This document shows, piece by piece, positions 10,335 through 20,366 of a DNA stretch of 37,056 nt (position 1 is its first letter; each line of letters starts with the position of its first letter). Where the stretch lies: positions 1 to 37,056 of the forward strand of contig JACQLI010000007.1 of the NCBI GenBank assembly GCA_016204125.1. Reading direction: 5' to 3'. The position numbers and the translations under genes were made by a program. The notes under the pieces are model-generated. The model saw only the letters and a program-made list of their open reading frames with translations, was not told where the DNA came from and made no database searches. The DNA comes from Candidatus Omnitrophota bacterium. GTDB lineage: Bacteria > Omnitrophota > Omnitrophia > Omnitrophales > JACQLI01.

Positions 10335-11141
10335 TCATACAAAAGGTATCCACTTCTTATCCTTTTTATCTTCACGCTTTAAGAGTCGCCAGGGATGGGT
10401 CTTGATCTCCTGGACAAAGGCACGCATCTCTTGATAAAGTTCCTCTTCACTCATAAGCTTCCCGACCGTGCCCTCTCCTTTCTCAATCTTGGTCAGTATT
10501 CTCTCCAAAGCCTGGGTTGAATTGTTGAGATGCTTCAAGCCTTCTGTCATGTCTTTCTCGGAACCACCCAAAATCTTATTGAGTGAGCTTGTGAGCGACG
10601 AGAGATTCTTAATCGTCTCACGAACTGATTTCTCAGTTTCCTTATCCTCGAGCGCGTTCCTCAGCCTTCCTAACATGGCCTCGAGGTGACCTGCTATCTG
10701 GTCAGCCCTGTCAACCAGAACTTCCATAGGTACAGGATCAACACCCTGCAAAATATCGCCATCCTTCAGGAATGACGCACGACCTGGTTGGGGTGTAATT
10801 TCAATATGGGGCTCACTCAAGATGTGAGTCCCTCGAACGTTAAACAGATAATTTTCCCTAATTTCATGGCCCTTTGCAATGAAAACTTGGACGTTCACCT
10901 TCGTCTGCCCCGTTTCCTTATCCTCCAGGAGGCTCACCTTGCTTACTTCTCCAACCCGCACACCCGCCATTCGCACAGGAGCACCTTTATCCAAGATGCT
11001 GACATAGGTGAAGACGATACTCACCTCGTAACCACGGCGCACCAAGGATACCCCGCTCACAAAAAAAACCACTAAAGATAGAAGAATAAAACCGAAGATT
11101 ACAAACGCCCCAACCAGAACTTCATCACGCGTTTTTTTCAT
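10335..11141 (-). CDS. mlaD: MlaD/MCE family protein with C-terminal helical region
   Basis: Single N-terminal TM, GAPVRMAGVRVGEV MCE motif, amphipathic helical tail with GEGTVGKL; adjacent to mlaE/mlaF. Confidence 0.9.
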   Translation of the reverse strand: MKKTRDEVLVGAFVIFGFILLSLVVFFVSGVSLVRRGYEVSIVFTYVSILDKGAPVRMAGVRVGEVSKVSLLEDKETGQTKVNVQVFIAKGHEIRENYLFNVRGTHILSEPHIEITPQPGRASFLKDGDILQGVDPVPMEVLVDRADQIAGHLEAMLGRLRNALEDKETEKSVRETIKNLSSLTSSLNKILGGSEKDMTEGLKHLNNSTQALERILTKIEKGEGTVGKLMSEEELYQEMRAFVQEIKTHPWRLLKREDKKDKKWIPFV

Positions 11142-11167
11142 TTTTGATTCCCCTTCATCATTCCCTC

Positions 11168-11911
11168 TTATTCGGTTATGGGCCCGACAGCCGATCCTGT
11201 TATGAATTGGCGGATAATGGGATCGCCTGTATTTTTTATTTCCTCAGGCGTTCCTAAGCCAATGATTTTTCCTTCGTAAAGCATAGCGATCCGATCTGCT
11301 ATCTTGTAGGCACTCTTAAGATCATGAGTAACAGTGACGCTTGTGACCTGAAGTTTCTTGTGCATCTGCGCAATAAGCTCATTGATACCGTCGGCCATGA
11401 TCGGATCAAGCCCTGTGGTCGGTTCATCATAAAGAATGATGTTAGGTTCATTACAAATGGCCCGCGCAAGACCTACTCTTTTCTTCATTCCCCCTGAAAG
11501 TTCTGAGGGCATTTGTTCCTCAATCCCTTTAAGGCCAACTAAGGCGAGCTTCTCTTTCGCTTTTTCAGAAATGACATGGGGTGGTAATTGCGTATGTTCA
11601 TAAAGAGAGAAGCCGACGTTTTCGCGCACATTCAAAGAATCAAAAAGTGCTGCACCTTGAAAAAGCATGCCTAACTTTAACCGAAACTCGTCAAGTTCCC
11701 TTGAAGAAAGAGAAAAAATATCGACTCCGTCAATAATGACAGTTCCCTCATCGGGCTCCATGATCCCCATGATGTTTTTTAAAAGAACGCTCTTCCCGCA
11801 ACCTGAGCGGCCAATGACGACAAGCGCCTCTCCTGTCTTGACCTCCAAATCGAGGCCTCGCAAAACGTGATTGGCCCCGAACCACTTATGAAGTCCTTTG
11901 ATTTGAATCAT
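11168..11911 (-). CDS. mlaF: MlaF/Mkl family ABC ATPase
   Basis: GRSGCGKS, FQGAALFDS, LSGGMKKR and YDEPTTGLDP. Confidence 0.93.
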   Translation of the reverse strand: MIQIKGLHKWFGANHVLRGLDLEVKTGEALVVIGRSGCGKSVLLKNIMGIMEPDEGTVIIDGVDIFSLSSRELDEFRLKLGMLFQGAALFDSLNVRENVGFSLYEHTQLPPHVISEKAKEKLALVGLKGIEEQMPSELSGGMKKRVGLARAICNEPNIILYDEPTTGLDPIMADGINELIAQMHKKLQVTSVTVTHDLKSAYKIADRIAMLYEGKIIGLGTPEEIKNTGDPIIRQFITGSAVGPITE

Positions 11912-11929
11912 CGGCAGTTTGGGTCAAAA

Positions 11930-12748
11930 TTAAAAGAAGTAAAAAACGGCTGTAAAAAAGCAGTCGAGTGCAATGATGAGAATAAGCGCCGTCACAACCG
12001 CCAAAGTTGTTGCGCGGCCTACCCCCGCTGCCCCGCCTTGTGTAGTGAATCCAAAATAGCATCCCACAGTGGAAATCACAGCGCCAAAAATAAAAGCCTT
12101 AAAAAGCCCTGTCATGATATCTTTGATCATCAAGATGTCGATGCTCCGCTTGATGTATTGGTGTGAGCTGATACCCAATTTAAAAACTGAAACAAAATAC
12201 CCGCCCAACATACCAATGCAGTCAGCGTAAATAGTTAAGAAAAAGAGCATGAAAAAACCTGCCACAAGCCTAGGCACAACCAAATACCTAACGGGATCAA
12301 CTGCAAGAGAGCGAAGGGCATCAATCTGTTCTGTTACCTTCATGGTTCCGATTTCAGCTGCAATGGAAGCTCCCACCCGACCTGCTACAACCATAGCCGT
12401 GAGAACGGGACCCAGCTCACGCGTCATTGAAAGCGCAACGAGATCCGAAGTAAACTGCTGGGCCGCAAAGAGCCTCAGTTGGTAAGCCGATTGAAGCGAT
12501 AAAACCATCCCCGTGAAAAGTGCGGTCAGGAAAACAAGCGGTAGAGACATCACGCCAATTCGATTCATCTGATCCAAAGTTGACTGCACTCGAAGCGGCG
12601 TTGTAAAAAGGGTAACTAGGGTGTCTCGAAAAAGGAGAGTGATTGCTCCTGCGTGGTAAGCGAGACCGATCGATTGCTCACCTAGACGACCCAACCAAAG
12701 TCTGATCGAAACAAGCCGACGTAACTTACCAAGTCTAGCGTGTATCAT
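11930..12748 (-). CDS. mlaE: MlaE family ABC permease
   Basis: RELGPVLTA, AGRVGASIAAEIGTMKVTEQIDAL and GVGRATT. Confidence 0.95.
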   Translation of the reverse strand: MIHARLGKLRRLVSIRLWLGRLGEQSIGLAYHAGAITLLFRDTLVTLFTTPLRVQSTLDQMNRIGVMSLPLVFLTALFTGMVLSLQSAYQLRLFAAQQFTSDLVALSMTRELGPVLTAMVVAGRVGASIAAEIGTMKVTEQIDALRSLAVDPVRYLVVPRLVAGFFMLFFLTIYADCIGMLGGYFVSVFKLGISSHQYIKRSIDILMIKDIMTGLFKAFIFGAVISTVGCYFGFTTQGGAAGVGRATTLAVVTALILIIALDCFFTAVFYFF

Positions 12749-12751
12749 CGT

Positions 12752-14635
12752 TTAAAACCTAACCTTAGGACCAAGTAATGCGTGCGCTTCATCTGTGTCA
12801 TCTTTTTGATTTTCAGTTGCTCCTGCCCCTACTTCAAAGCCCATAGAAATCTTCCGTTTCAACGGCTTCTCTCCCTCAATAGCCGATTCCCCTTCTTTCC
12901 AATTGGCGCTGATACCTTTCCAGATCACAAGGTGATCGGGTCCTTTAATTTGGATTCCATGAAAGAAATTTTGGAGCCTCAGGTCAATCGCCCCAGTAAG
13001 CTGCAACGTATTACGGCCTCTGAAGACCTTTGAGTCGTAGAGCGGGAGGTAGGGCGGAAAGTCCTGGAACTGAATCACCATACGATCGAATTCAAGTTTA
13101 TCAATGGTTCCATCTTTGATTGTGAAATAACCTTGGACCTCGGGCTTTTTGAGTTCTCCTCTCAACTTGAGCTTGCCTTCAAGCTCACCGCTAAGGTTTG
13201 ACGGAACAGGACGACCTGCAAAATCCTGGATCTGCATCAATGGAAAGTCATTGACGCGCAAAACAAGGTCTTGTCTTACTTCACCTCCTTTAAATAAGAT
13301 ACGTCCGCCCAGATCAAAAAAGACGCCCCATTTGCAATTGATGGCATCGACTCCTTCGGCACTTAACTCAAAACTTCCTTGAAAGTCCTCAAAGGGTTCG
13401 TATTCTACAATGAGATAATTTGTCTTAATCTCTCCTTTGAGCCGCGGCCCCTCGTCTGAGGCTCGCTTGGCTAGAGGCGTAAAACGTGCTTGACCCAATA
13501 CGACCCAGTCAAGGTGGTTGATAGAGGCGTGGTCTAGTTGAAACTCTGTCTGGAAGACAAGCTCTTTAAGGTTGGAATGAATATCGAATCGCCGACGCTC
13601 GCGGTCAAATTGTAAATGATAATCTCCGCTTTCCCAATCAAACTCACCTTTCCCTTTGTAATCATGAGGAAGTTCGAGTTTGGAAAAGAGAACGCTTTTC
13701 CCCTCCCGAGATACTTGACCTCTGAAAGGATAGGTCCGACCGACCCACGCCCCTTCTCCTTCTAGGGTGTGAGATTTAAGATCTACCTGTATGGAAAACT
13801 GAAAAGGAAATTTTCCTTTCTTATGAGTCATGTCCATCGAGATCTTAGGTTCCGTCTGCCAGTTTTCGATCCTCCCTGTCCAATCGACTTCCCAATCATA
13901 AAGAAGGCTTTTGAGATCTTCGATCTGAATCGATTGGTCGGTCAGACGAAAAGCTCCGTCCAACCCCTTAAGAGGAATACGACTCTCGGGAAGGAAAGAT
14001 ACACTTTCGGGCTGGATTTCCAGTTCATAATGCTTGAAGGCGGTATCTGTGAACCCCTTTATTTTGATCTTCCCTTGGGCAATTCCCTCGAGCTGACCAG
14101 CCAGATTCAATTGGATCCTGCCTCGGATATCGGGCTTAGCCTTAAACTCAACCCTTGAGAAAACAAGCTCATCCTGATCCTCTCCCCATGGATAGTGAAA
14201 ATCTCCTCTGGAGATAACCAGCTTTGCAGGCGTGATACTAGACGAGCTGTCCGAACTGGGAATAGGAAAAGGAAACCGACCCTTCTGAAAATGGATTTGG
14301 GGTGAAACGAGAACGACGGTGCTTGGTATTTTGAAATCAAAACGAGCTAGATTAAAAAGGCCATATCCTAGAATAAGTTTCTCAACCTTTCCTATGGAAA
14401 AACCAGGGCCCCCTGCAACTTGATCCATTTGTATTCCTTGCAGTGCAACGCGGAAAGGAGGAAGGTAGCTAACTTGACCAATCTTTACCTTGGTTTTAAG
14501 AATTTCACTGGCTTTGGCCTGTAAAAAATCGATAACATCCTGCTTGCGCAGTCGAGACTGAACAAGCTCATACCCCACAGCTAACGCCGCAATGCCTACC
14601 AAAAGAAAAATCAGAATGAGTAGGCGACTTCTCAC
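12752..14635 (-). CDS. AsmA/TamB-like membrane-anchored beta-rich periplasmic protein
   Basis: One N-terminal TM followed by about 600 aa of alternating, Gly-rich beta-strand pattern (e.g. LSGELEGKLKLRGELKKPEVQG); ends in ...GPKVRF. The GTG start overlaps the clpC stop. Family call is from pattern only. Confidence 0.6.
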   Translation of the reverse strand: MRSRLLILIFLLVGIAALAVGYELVQSRLRKQDVIDFLQAKASEILKTKVKIGQVSYLPPFRVALQGIQMDQVAGGPGFSIGKVEKLILGYGLFNLARFDFKIPSTVVLVSPQIHFQKGRFPFPIPSSDSSSSITPAKLVISRGDFHYPWGEDQDELVFSRVEFKAKPDIRGRIQLNLAGQLEGIAQGKIKIKGFTDTAFKHYELEIQPESVSFLPESRIPLKGLDGAFRLTDQSIQIEDLKSLLYDWEVDWTGRIENWQTEPKISMDMTHKKGKFPFQFSIQVDLKSHTLEGEGAWVGRTYPFRGQVSREGKSVLFSKLELPHDYKGKGEFDWESGDYHLQFDRERRRFDIHSNLKELVFQTEFQLDHASINHLDWVVLGQARFTPLAKRASDEGPRLKGEIKTNYLIVEYEPFEDFQGSFELSAEGVDAINCKWGVFFDLGGRILFKGGEVRQDLVLRVNDFPLMQIQDFAGRPVPSNLSGELEGKLKLRGELKKPEVQGYFTIKDGTIDKLEFDRMVIQFQDFPPYLPLYDSKVFRGRNTLQLTGAIDLRLQNFFHGIQIKGPDHLVIWKGISANWKEGESAIEGEKPLKRKISMGFEVGAGATENQKDDTDEAHALLGPKVRF

Positions 14636-17082
14636 GAACTTTTCTCGAAAGTAATGATCTCTCCGCGAAGTTCAGCCCGAATCTTGTCACCTTCCTGAAA
14701 TTTCCCTGAAAGTATTTCTTCGGCCAGGACATTTTCGACGTAACGCTGAATGGTCCGTTTAAGAGGACGGGCGCCAAACTGTGCGTCGTAGCCCTTGTCG
14801 ATCAAGAATTTTAAGACTTCAGGAGACAAAGTGATTTCTATCTTTTTATCCCTCAATCGATTTTTGAGTTCCTTGAGTTCAATTTCGATAATCTGCTCAA
14901 GGTCTTCTCGACGCAACGGATGGAAGACGATGATATCATCCACTCGGTTTAGGAATTCAGGACGAAAAACTTTTTTGACCTCGTCCATAAGCTTGCGTTT
15001 CATCGCTTCATAAGTCTCTGTTTCACCTTTGGGTCTAAACCCGAGCTCGCCCTCTTTGTTGATAAGGTCTACTCCCACATTGGAGGTCATAATGATAATG
15101 GTGTTTCTGAAGTCAACTTTCCTTCCAAAGGAATCGGTCAATCGACCTTCTTCCATCATCTGGAGGAGGATGTTGAAAACGTCAGGATGTGCCTTCTCTA
15201 TTTCATCAAAGAGAACCACGGAATAAGGGCGCCGTCTGACCTTTTCGGTAAGTTGCCCACCTTCCTCATAACCCACGTAACCAGGAGGTGCTCCAACAAG
15301 CCGAGAAACATTGAATTTTTCCATATATTCAGAGCAGTCGACGGCAATCATGGCGTCTTCATCCCCAAACATGTATTCGGCAAGGGCCCTGGCAAGTAAA
15401 GTTTTCCCCACCCCCGTGGGTCCAAGAAAGACAAAGGCCCCGATCGGACGCTTGGGACTCCGAAGTCCTGAACGAGAACGGCGAACGGCGTCGGCAATGG
15501 CCTTCAATGCTTCTTCCTGGCCAATGATTCTTTTATGGATCTCATCCTCCATACGAAGAAGCCGCGCGGTCTCTTTCTCTTCAAGACGTTGGAGGGGAAC
15601 GCCTGTCCATTTAGAGACGATGGTGGCGATATCTTCTGCCGTCACCTGAATCTCCACTTCAGATTTTGATTCCTTCCAATTTTTCCTCAGACGACTCAGT
15701 TCCTCTTTAGTCTTTCTTTCCTCATCTCTCAATTTGGCAGCTCTCTCAAAATCTTGTCCCTTAATCGATGCCTCTTTCTCCCGTTTAAATTCTTCAATCT
15801 GGGACTCAAGCTTTTTAAGGTCTTTTGGCAGTGTGGTCACAGAAAGGCGTGCCCGAGAGCCCGCTTCATCAACCAGATCAATGGCCTTGTCAGGAAGGAA
15901 ACGGCCTGTGATATAACGATCGGATAGCTTGGCGGCAGCCTCTAACGCCTCATCAAGAATTTTGACTCGATGATGCGCCTCGTATTTATCCCGAAGACCC
16001 TTTAGGATTTCGATGGTTTCTTCAACCGTCGGTGGATCGACCATGATAGTCTGGAATCGTCTTGCCAAAGCCGCGTCTTTTTCGATGTATTTCCTGTATT
16101 CGTCAAGAGTGGTTGCGCCGATACATTGAATCTCTCCCCGTGAAAGAGCAGGCTTCAATATATTCGAGGCGTCAATCGCTCCTTCGGCCCCGCCTGCTCC
16201 AACCAAGGTATGGAGCTCGTCTACAAAGATGATCACATTCTCCGAACGGCGGATTTCATCCATCACTGCCTTGATCCGTTCCTCGAATTGTCCACGATAT
16301 TTGGTACCCGCAACCATCAAGGCTAAATCAAGGACAACAATCCGTTTATCGAGAAGAATTTCGGGCACATCCCCAGCCACAATGCGCTGGGCAAGACCTT
16401 CCACAATAGCGGTTTTTCCTACTCCAGCCTCTCCCAAGAGAACAGGGTTATTCTTGGTCCTTCTGGCAAGAATCTGTATCACCCGTTCAATTTCGTTTTC
16501 TCGGTTCACCACAGGATCCAGTTTTCCTTCCCGAGCAAGTTGGGATAGGTCACGGCCAAATGAGTCGAGGGCAGGTGTTTTGGTCTTGCCTTTGACGCTT
16601 CCAACGGAAGGGGTTCCCCCCGTGCCTCCGCCTCCCCCTGGTGCGGAAGAACCCAAAAGTTTGATTACCTCAGCGCGCACTTTATTGAGATCAAGGCCGA
16701 CATTCATTAAAACGTGGCTCGCCACTCCCTCTCCTTCCTTGATAAGCCCCAGCAAAAGGTGTTCGGTTCCAATGTAGTTGTGGCCAAGACGACGCGCCTC
16801 GTCCATCGCAAGCTCAATCACCTTTTTGGCCTTGGGAGTAAAAGGAATATCTCCTGAGACAATCGTACTGGGGCCGAATTGGACAAGCTTTTCCACCTCA
16901 AGACGAATGGTATCTAGAGAAAGCCCCAGATTCTGCAGAACTGCCGCTGCCACGCTTTCGCCCTCTTTAATGAGGCCAAGCAGGATATGCTCAGTCCCGA
17001 TGTAGTCATGGTTGAAACGTTTGGCTTCTTCCTTGGCGAGGATAATGACCTTACGCGCTCTTTCCGTAAATCGATCAAACAT
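14632..17082 (-). CDS. clpC: ATP-dependent Clp protease ATP-binding subunit ClpC
   Basis: Two Clp-N repeats (HxYIGTEH), Walker A motifs GEAGVGKT and GPTGVGKT, short UVR middle domain, LGF ClpP-docking loop; follows mcsB. Confidence 0.97.
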   Translation of the reverse strand: MFDRFTERARKVIILAKEEAKRFNHDYIGTEHILLGLIKEGESVAAAVLQNLGLSLDTIRLEVEKLVQFGPSTIVSGDIPFTPKAKKVIELAMDEARRLGHNYIGTEHLLLGLIKEGEGVASHVLMNVGLDLNKVRAEVIKLLGSSAPGGGGGTGGTPSVGSVKGKTKTPALDSFGRDLSQLAREGKLDPVVNRENEIERVIQILARRTKNNPVLLGEAGVGKTAIVEGLAQRIVAGDVPEILLDKRIVVLDLALMVAGTKYRGQFEERIKAVMDEIRRSENVIIFVDELHTLVGAGGAEGAIDASNILKPALSRGEIQCIGATTLDEYRKYIEKDAALARRFQTIMVDPPTVEETIEILKGLRDKYEAHHRVKILDEALEAAAKLSDRYITGRFLPDKAIDLVDEAGSRARLSVTTLPKDLKKLESQIEEFKREKEASIKGQDFERAAKLRDEERKTKEELSRLRKNWKESKSEVEIQVTAEDIATIVSKWTGVPLQRLEEKETARLLRMEDEIHKRIIGQEEALKAIADAVRRSRSGLRSPKRPIGAFVFLGPTGVGKTLLARALAEYMFGDEDAMIAVDCSEYMEKFNVSRLVGAPPGYVGYEEGGQLTEKVRRRPYSVVLFDEIEKAHPDVFNILLQMMEEGRLTDSFGRKVDFRNTIIIMTSNVGVDLINKEGELGFRPKGETETYEAMKRKLMDEVKKVFRPEFLNRVDDIIVFHPLRREDLEQIIEIELKELKNRLRDKKIEITLSPEVLKFLIDKGYDAQFGARPLKRTIQRYVENVLAEEILSGKFQEGDKIRAELRGEIITFEKSS

Positions 17083-17112
17083 CAGGACGGCTCCTTATCG
17101 TTAATATCAAAG

Positions 17113-18177
17113 TTAAATGGCAACTACTTTTAGTTTCTCCCGAATGAGATCGGCCCGACGAATATCTCTCTCAGAAGGTCCAAGTGCACGTCCGTAGAGC
17201 TTTTGAAGATGGGCTGGCTGGAGAACCAAAAAGAGGTTATTGAGTTCCGAATATTTCAAGCTTGAGACAAACCCAAGATCGACTCCCAGCCTCGCCAAAC
17301 TCAAAAGTTGCACTGCCTCTCCAGAAGAGATAACACGTGCAGACTTGAGGGTCCCGAGCGCCCGCCAAATCTGATCCTCAAATTTTGCTTTTCTTTTTTC
17401 TAAGAGATACTGTCTGGCTTCCTTTTCATGTGAAACCATTTGATGAATAACCTTCTCGAGTCCTTCGACAATTTCTTCCTCGGTTTGTCCCAATGTGATT
17501 TGATTGGAAATCTGAAAGAAATTGCCGCTTGCTTGGCTCCCTTCTCCATAAAGGCCGCGGGTCGCTAAATTCAGTTTAGCCAAGGCTTGGAGCACTTTAT
17601 TCACCTGTTTGGTCAGGACAAGGCTTGGCAGGTGGAGCATACATGAAACACGAATCCCAGTGCCCACGTTGGTTGGACAAGCTGTCAAGTAACCTAAATC
17701 CGTATGGAAAGAAAACGACAAATTTCTCTCAAGTTCATTGATCACTTCATTGATGATGCGCCAAGTCTCGGTGATATTGAATCCCGATTGAAAGACCTGA
17801 AGACGAAGGTGATCCTCCTCAAGAATCATAAGACTCACGACCTCGTTAGGACTCAAGGCAACGGCCTTCTCGCCTTGTTCGACCGCATGTTCTCGACTGA
17901 TGAGGTGCCTTTCAAGAAGGAATTGCTTATCAAGTTCGGTTACATCTCGATACTTGATAAAAAGGGTATCTTTCAACGCGGGCGTTTGACTCACTGCCTC
18001 TTCCACCAGATCAATCACTTCGTCTTCTTGTTCTTTTCCGAGTTTTGAGATAAAGGGGAAACCAGCCAGGTTTCTTGCAAGTCGAATCCGTGAACTGACG
18101 ACAACGTCTGCATCAGGTCCAGTTCCCCTAAGCCATTCGGTCGTATTCTTTAAAAGACGATTGATCTGCTCACTCAT
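17113..18177 (-). CDS. mcsB: Protein arginine kinase McsB
   Basis: SSRIRLARN, ERHLIS, EEDHLR, GYLTACPTNVGTG and QISNQITLG. Confidence 0.95.
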   Translation of the reverse strand: MSEQINRLLKNTTEWLRGTGPDADVVVSSRIRLARNLAGFPFISKLGKEQEDEVIDLVEEAVSQTPALKDTLFIKYRDVTELDKQFLLERHLISREHAVEQGEKAVALSPNEVVSLMILEEDHLRLQVFQSGFNITETWRIINEVINELERNLSFSFHTDLGYLTACPTNVGTGIRVSCMLHLPSLVLTKQVNKVLQALAKLNLATRGLYGEGSQASGNFFQISNQITLGQTEEEIVEGLEKVIHQMVSHEKEARQYLLEKRKAKFEDQIWRALGTLKSARVISSGEAVQLLSLARLGVDLGFVSSLKYSELNNLFLVLQPAHLQKLYGRALGPSERDIRRADLIREKLKVVAI

Positions 18178-18698
18178 TGTGGTTTTTTCTTACCCTTTTT
18201 CAATTTTTCCTCAAGCTGTTTAATCTGGTCACGAAGCCTGGCTGCTTCTTCAAATTCTTCGTGCTGAATCAATTTGGTTAACCGATTTTGAAGATCTTTT
18301 AAACTTTGGGTTGTTCGAACAACAGGATGAGCTACCTGGGAAGGACGTTTCCCCCTATGTTGCAAAGAGTGCTGTACCCGCTTAATCAGAGGGAGCAGTA
18401 ACTTTGAAAAGGCTTCATAGCATTCAGCGCAACCGAGTCTTCCTGTTCGACCAAATTCATCATAAGTGAGACCGCAATTTTGACATTTGAGAGAAACGGT
18501 CTTTTCGTCAGCGCCCGTTAGCTCCTTTGCCAAATCGGTAAAACCGCTCAGAAGGTCATTGACGTTGAAGTGGGTCTTAAACTCTGTACCCTTCTCCTGT
18601 GCACAGGCTTCGCATAGATGGATTTCTACCATCTGATCATTGACGATCTCAGTGAGGTGAATCGTAGCTTCGTTAGCTCCGCAAACATTACAAATCAT
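18174..18698 (-). CDS. mcsA: McsA (CxxC zinc motifs plus UVR domain)
   Basis: Four CxxC motifs, GRLGCxxCY, HxGK and the UVR motif EEFEEAARLRD. Confidence 0.95.
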   Translation of the reverse strand: MICNVCGANEATIHLTEIVNDQMVEIHLCEACAQEKGTEFKTHFNVNDLLSGFTDLAKELTGADEKTVSLKCQNCGLTYDEFGRTGRLGCAECYEAFSKLLLPLIKRVQHSLQHRGKRPSQVAHPVVRTTQSLKDLQNRLTKLIQHEEFEEAARLRDQIKQLEEKLKKGKKKPQ

Positions 18699-18724
18699 GG
18701 GTTTCTACCTTTGTTGGCCTTACA

Positions 18725-18733
18725 ATTATAACA
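18725..18733 (-). promoter_or_regulatory. Putative sigma70 extended -10 (TGTTATAAT) for mcsA-mcsB-clpC
   Basis: Minus strand TGnTATAAT ending 26 nt before the mcsA ATG; no good -35. Confidence 0.6.
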
Positions 18734-18738
18734 TCACT

Positions 18739-18755
18739 AGCAAAATTAGCACCAA
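18739..18755 (-). promoter_or_regulatory. Possible sigma54 -24/-12 element TTGGTGCTAATTTTGCT
   Basis: GG-N10-GC spacing is exact and the TTGCT -12 box is present; the -24 box is TGGTGC versus consensus TGGCAC. Confidence 0.35.
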
Positions 18756-18770
18756 ACAGGCACAAAAACA

Positions 18771-19649
18771 CTATAAAGAGTATCTAACCCCATCTTTTTT
18801 GGTCAGATCGTGAAAGGCTTTCATGAGAGATTGGGTTATCTTCCCAGGTTCACCATTCCCAATCGTTCTTCCATCAATCTTAACGACGGGAATCACTTCC
18901 GCTGCAGTGCCTGTTAGAAATACTTCATTAGCATTGAAAAGATCGTGCCGAGTCAAAATCTTTTCTTCGACCTCTATCTTTTTGTGCCTGGCAAGGTCCA
19001 AAATGGCCGCTCTGGTAATCCCCCTAAGTACCCCCGCATAAGTAGGTGGAGTCATAAGTGTGTCATTTTTAACCATAAAAATGTTGTCGCCTGTGCATTC
19101 TGCAACATAACCCTGATGGTTCAAAAGGAGAGCCTCCACATAGCCTGAATGGGTAGCCTCGATTTTCGCCAGGATGTTGTTAAGGTAATTCAATGACTTC
19201 AGGGCAGGGTTGACCGCCTCAGGATGGTTTCGGACTGTCGGCACAGTGATGATCTCAAGGCCGTGTTTATAAAGACGATCAGGATAGAGAACAATCTTAT
19301 CGGTGATAACAATGATCGTCGGCTTCTTACACTTCTGGGGATCGAGTCCGAGATCTCCTGTGCCGCGCGTAACAACAGCCCGAATATAAGCATCCCGCAA
19401 ATGATTCCGTTTCAGAGTTTGGACAATCACTTCTGTCATCTTTTTATGATCAAACGAAATTTTTAACATGATCGTATGCGCCGACTCGTAAAGTCGATCG
19501 AGATGTTCCCTGAGTTTGAAAACTAGGCAATTGTAAGCTCGGATTCCCTCAAAGACGCCATCTCCATAAAGAAGACCGTGATCAAAAACCGAAATCTTTG
19601 CCTCGCTTTTTGGATACCACTTTCCATCAATGTAAACTTCTAGTTCCAT
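18771..19649 (-). CDS. ilvE: Branched-chain amino acid aminotransferase
   Basis: DHGLLYGDGVFEGIR, KSLNYLNNILAK, ECTGDNIF, GITR and FLTGTAAEV; AGGAG RBS upstream. Confidence 0.95.
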   Translation of the reverse strand: MELEVYIDGKWYPKSEAKISVFDHGLLYGDGVFEGIRAYNCLVFKLREHLDRLYESAHTIMLKISFDHKKMTEVIVQTLKRNHLRDAYIRAVVTRGTGDLGLDPQKCKKPTIIVITDKIVLYPDRLYKHGLEIITVPTVRNHPEAVNPALKSLNYLNNILAKIEATHSGYVEALLLNHQGYVAECTGDNIFMVKNDTLMTPPTYAGVLRGITRAAILDLARHKKIEVEEKILTRHDLFNANEVFLTGTAAEVIPVVKIDGRTIGNGEPGKITQSLMKAFHDLTKKDGVRYSL

Positions 19650-19679
19650 GCAGCTATTCTCCTTTTATTCGCTTATCAG

Positions 19680-20366
19680 TTAGATACTCACCTGATCTTG
19701 GGTTAATACCCCGTCATGAAGTCGATAAACATTTTCAAATCGATGCGCCATCTGTTCGTCATGAGTCACGATCGCTAAAGCGAGCCCTGTTTCACGGTGA
19801 AGGCTCGTTAAAAGCCCAAAGACCATTTCGGCAGTTTCGTCATCGAGGTTACCTGTTGGCTCGTCACAAAAAACAATTTCGGGTCCGTTCACAAGCGCCC
19901 GAGCAATGGCGGCTCTTTGCTGTTCACCGCCTGAAAGTTCAGACGGGAAATGTCCTTCTCTTCCCTTCAGCCCCATTCGTCTGATCAGTTCGCGCGCACG
20001 ACCTGAATTTGGGCTATCCGCCATCAAGCTGGGAAGCAAAACATTCTCGAAAAGGGTAAGCTCTGGAAGGAGATGAAAGAACTGAAAAATAAATCCAATC
20101 TTTCGATTCCGATAGAGAGCCAGTTCCTTCTCATTCATTTGGCTTAAATCATTCCCCTTAAAAAAAATTCTCCCTTCGCTTGCTCGATCGAGTCCGCCCA
20201 AAAGGTGAAGGAAGGTTGACTTTCCCGATCCTGACCTTCCAACGATAAACGCAAGCTCGCCTTCTTTGAGAGAAAAATCCACCCCCTTTAAAACAGAGAG
20301 AGGTCCATCGGGTGTTGGAAAATCTTTCCGCACCTTCTCAGCCACCAGAAGTGTAACCTTACTCAT
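19680..20366 (-). CDS. lolD: Lipoprotein-releasing ABC ATPase LolD
   Basis: [26 protein letters not shown] and DEPTGNLD; adjacent to lolC/E. Confidence 0.88.
   Translation of the reverse strand: MSKVTLLVAEKVRKDFPTPDGPLSVLKGVDFSLKEGELAFIVGRSGSGKSTFLHLLGGLDRASEGRIFFKGNDLSQMNEKELALYRNRKIGFIFQFFHLLPELTLFENVLLPSLMADSPNSGRARELIRRMGLKGREGHFPSELSGGEQQRAAIARALVNGPEIVFCDEPTGNLDDETAEMVFGLLTSLHRETGLALAIVTHDEQMAHRFENVYRLHDGVLTQDQVSI

Noticed and set aside
16595-16650. Gly-rich stretch in ClpC (and the Gln-rich tail of the PIN/TRAM protein near 9252-9280)
   Set aside because: Ordinary low-complexity linker or tail, not a DNA repeat element.
18746-18754. TTAGCACCA resembling a CIRCE (HrcA) half-site upstream of mcsA
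   Set aside because: No matching inverted half-site at 9-nt spacing.
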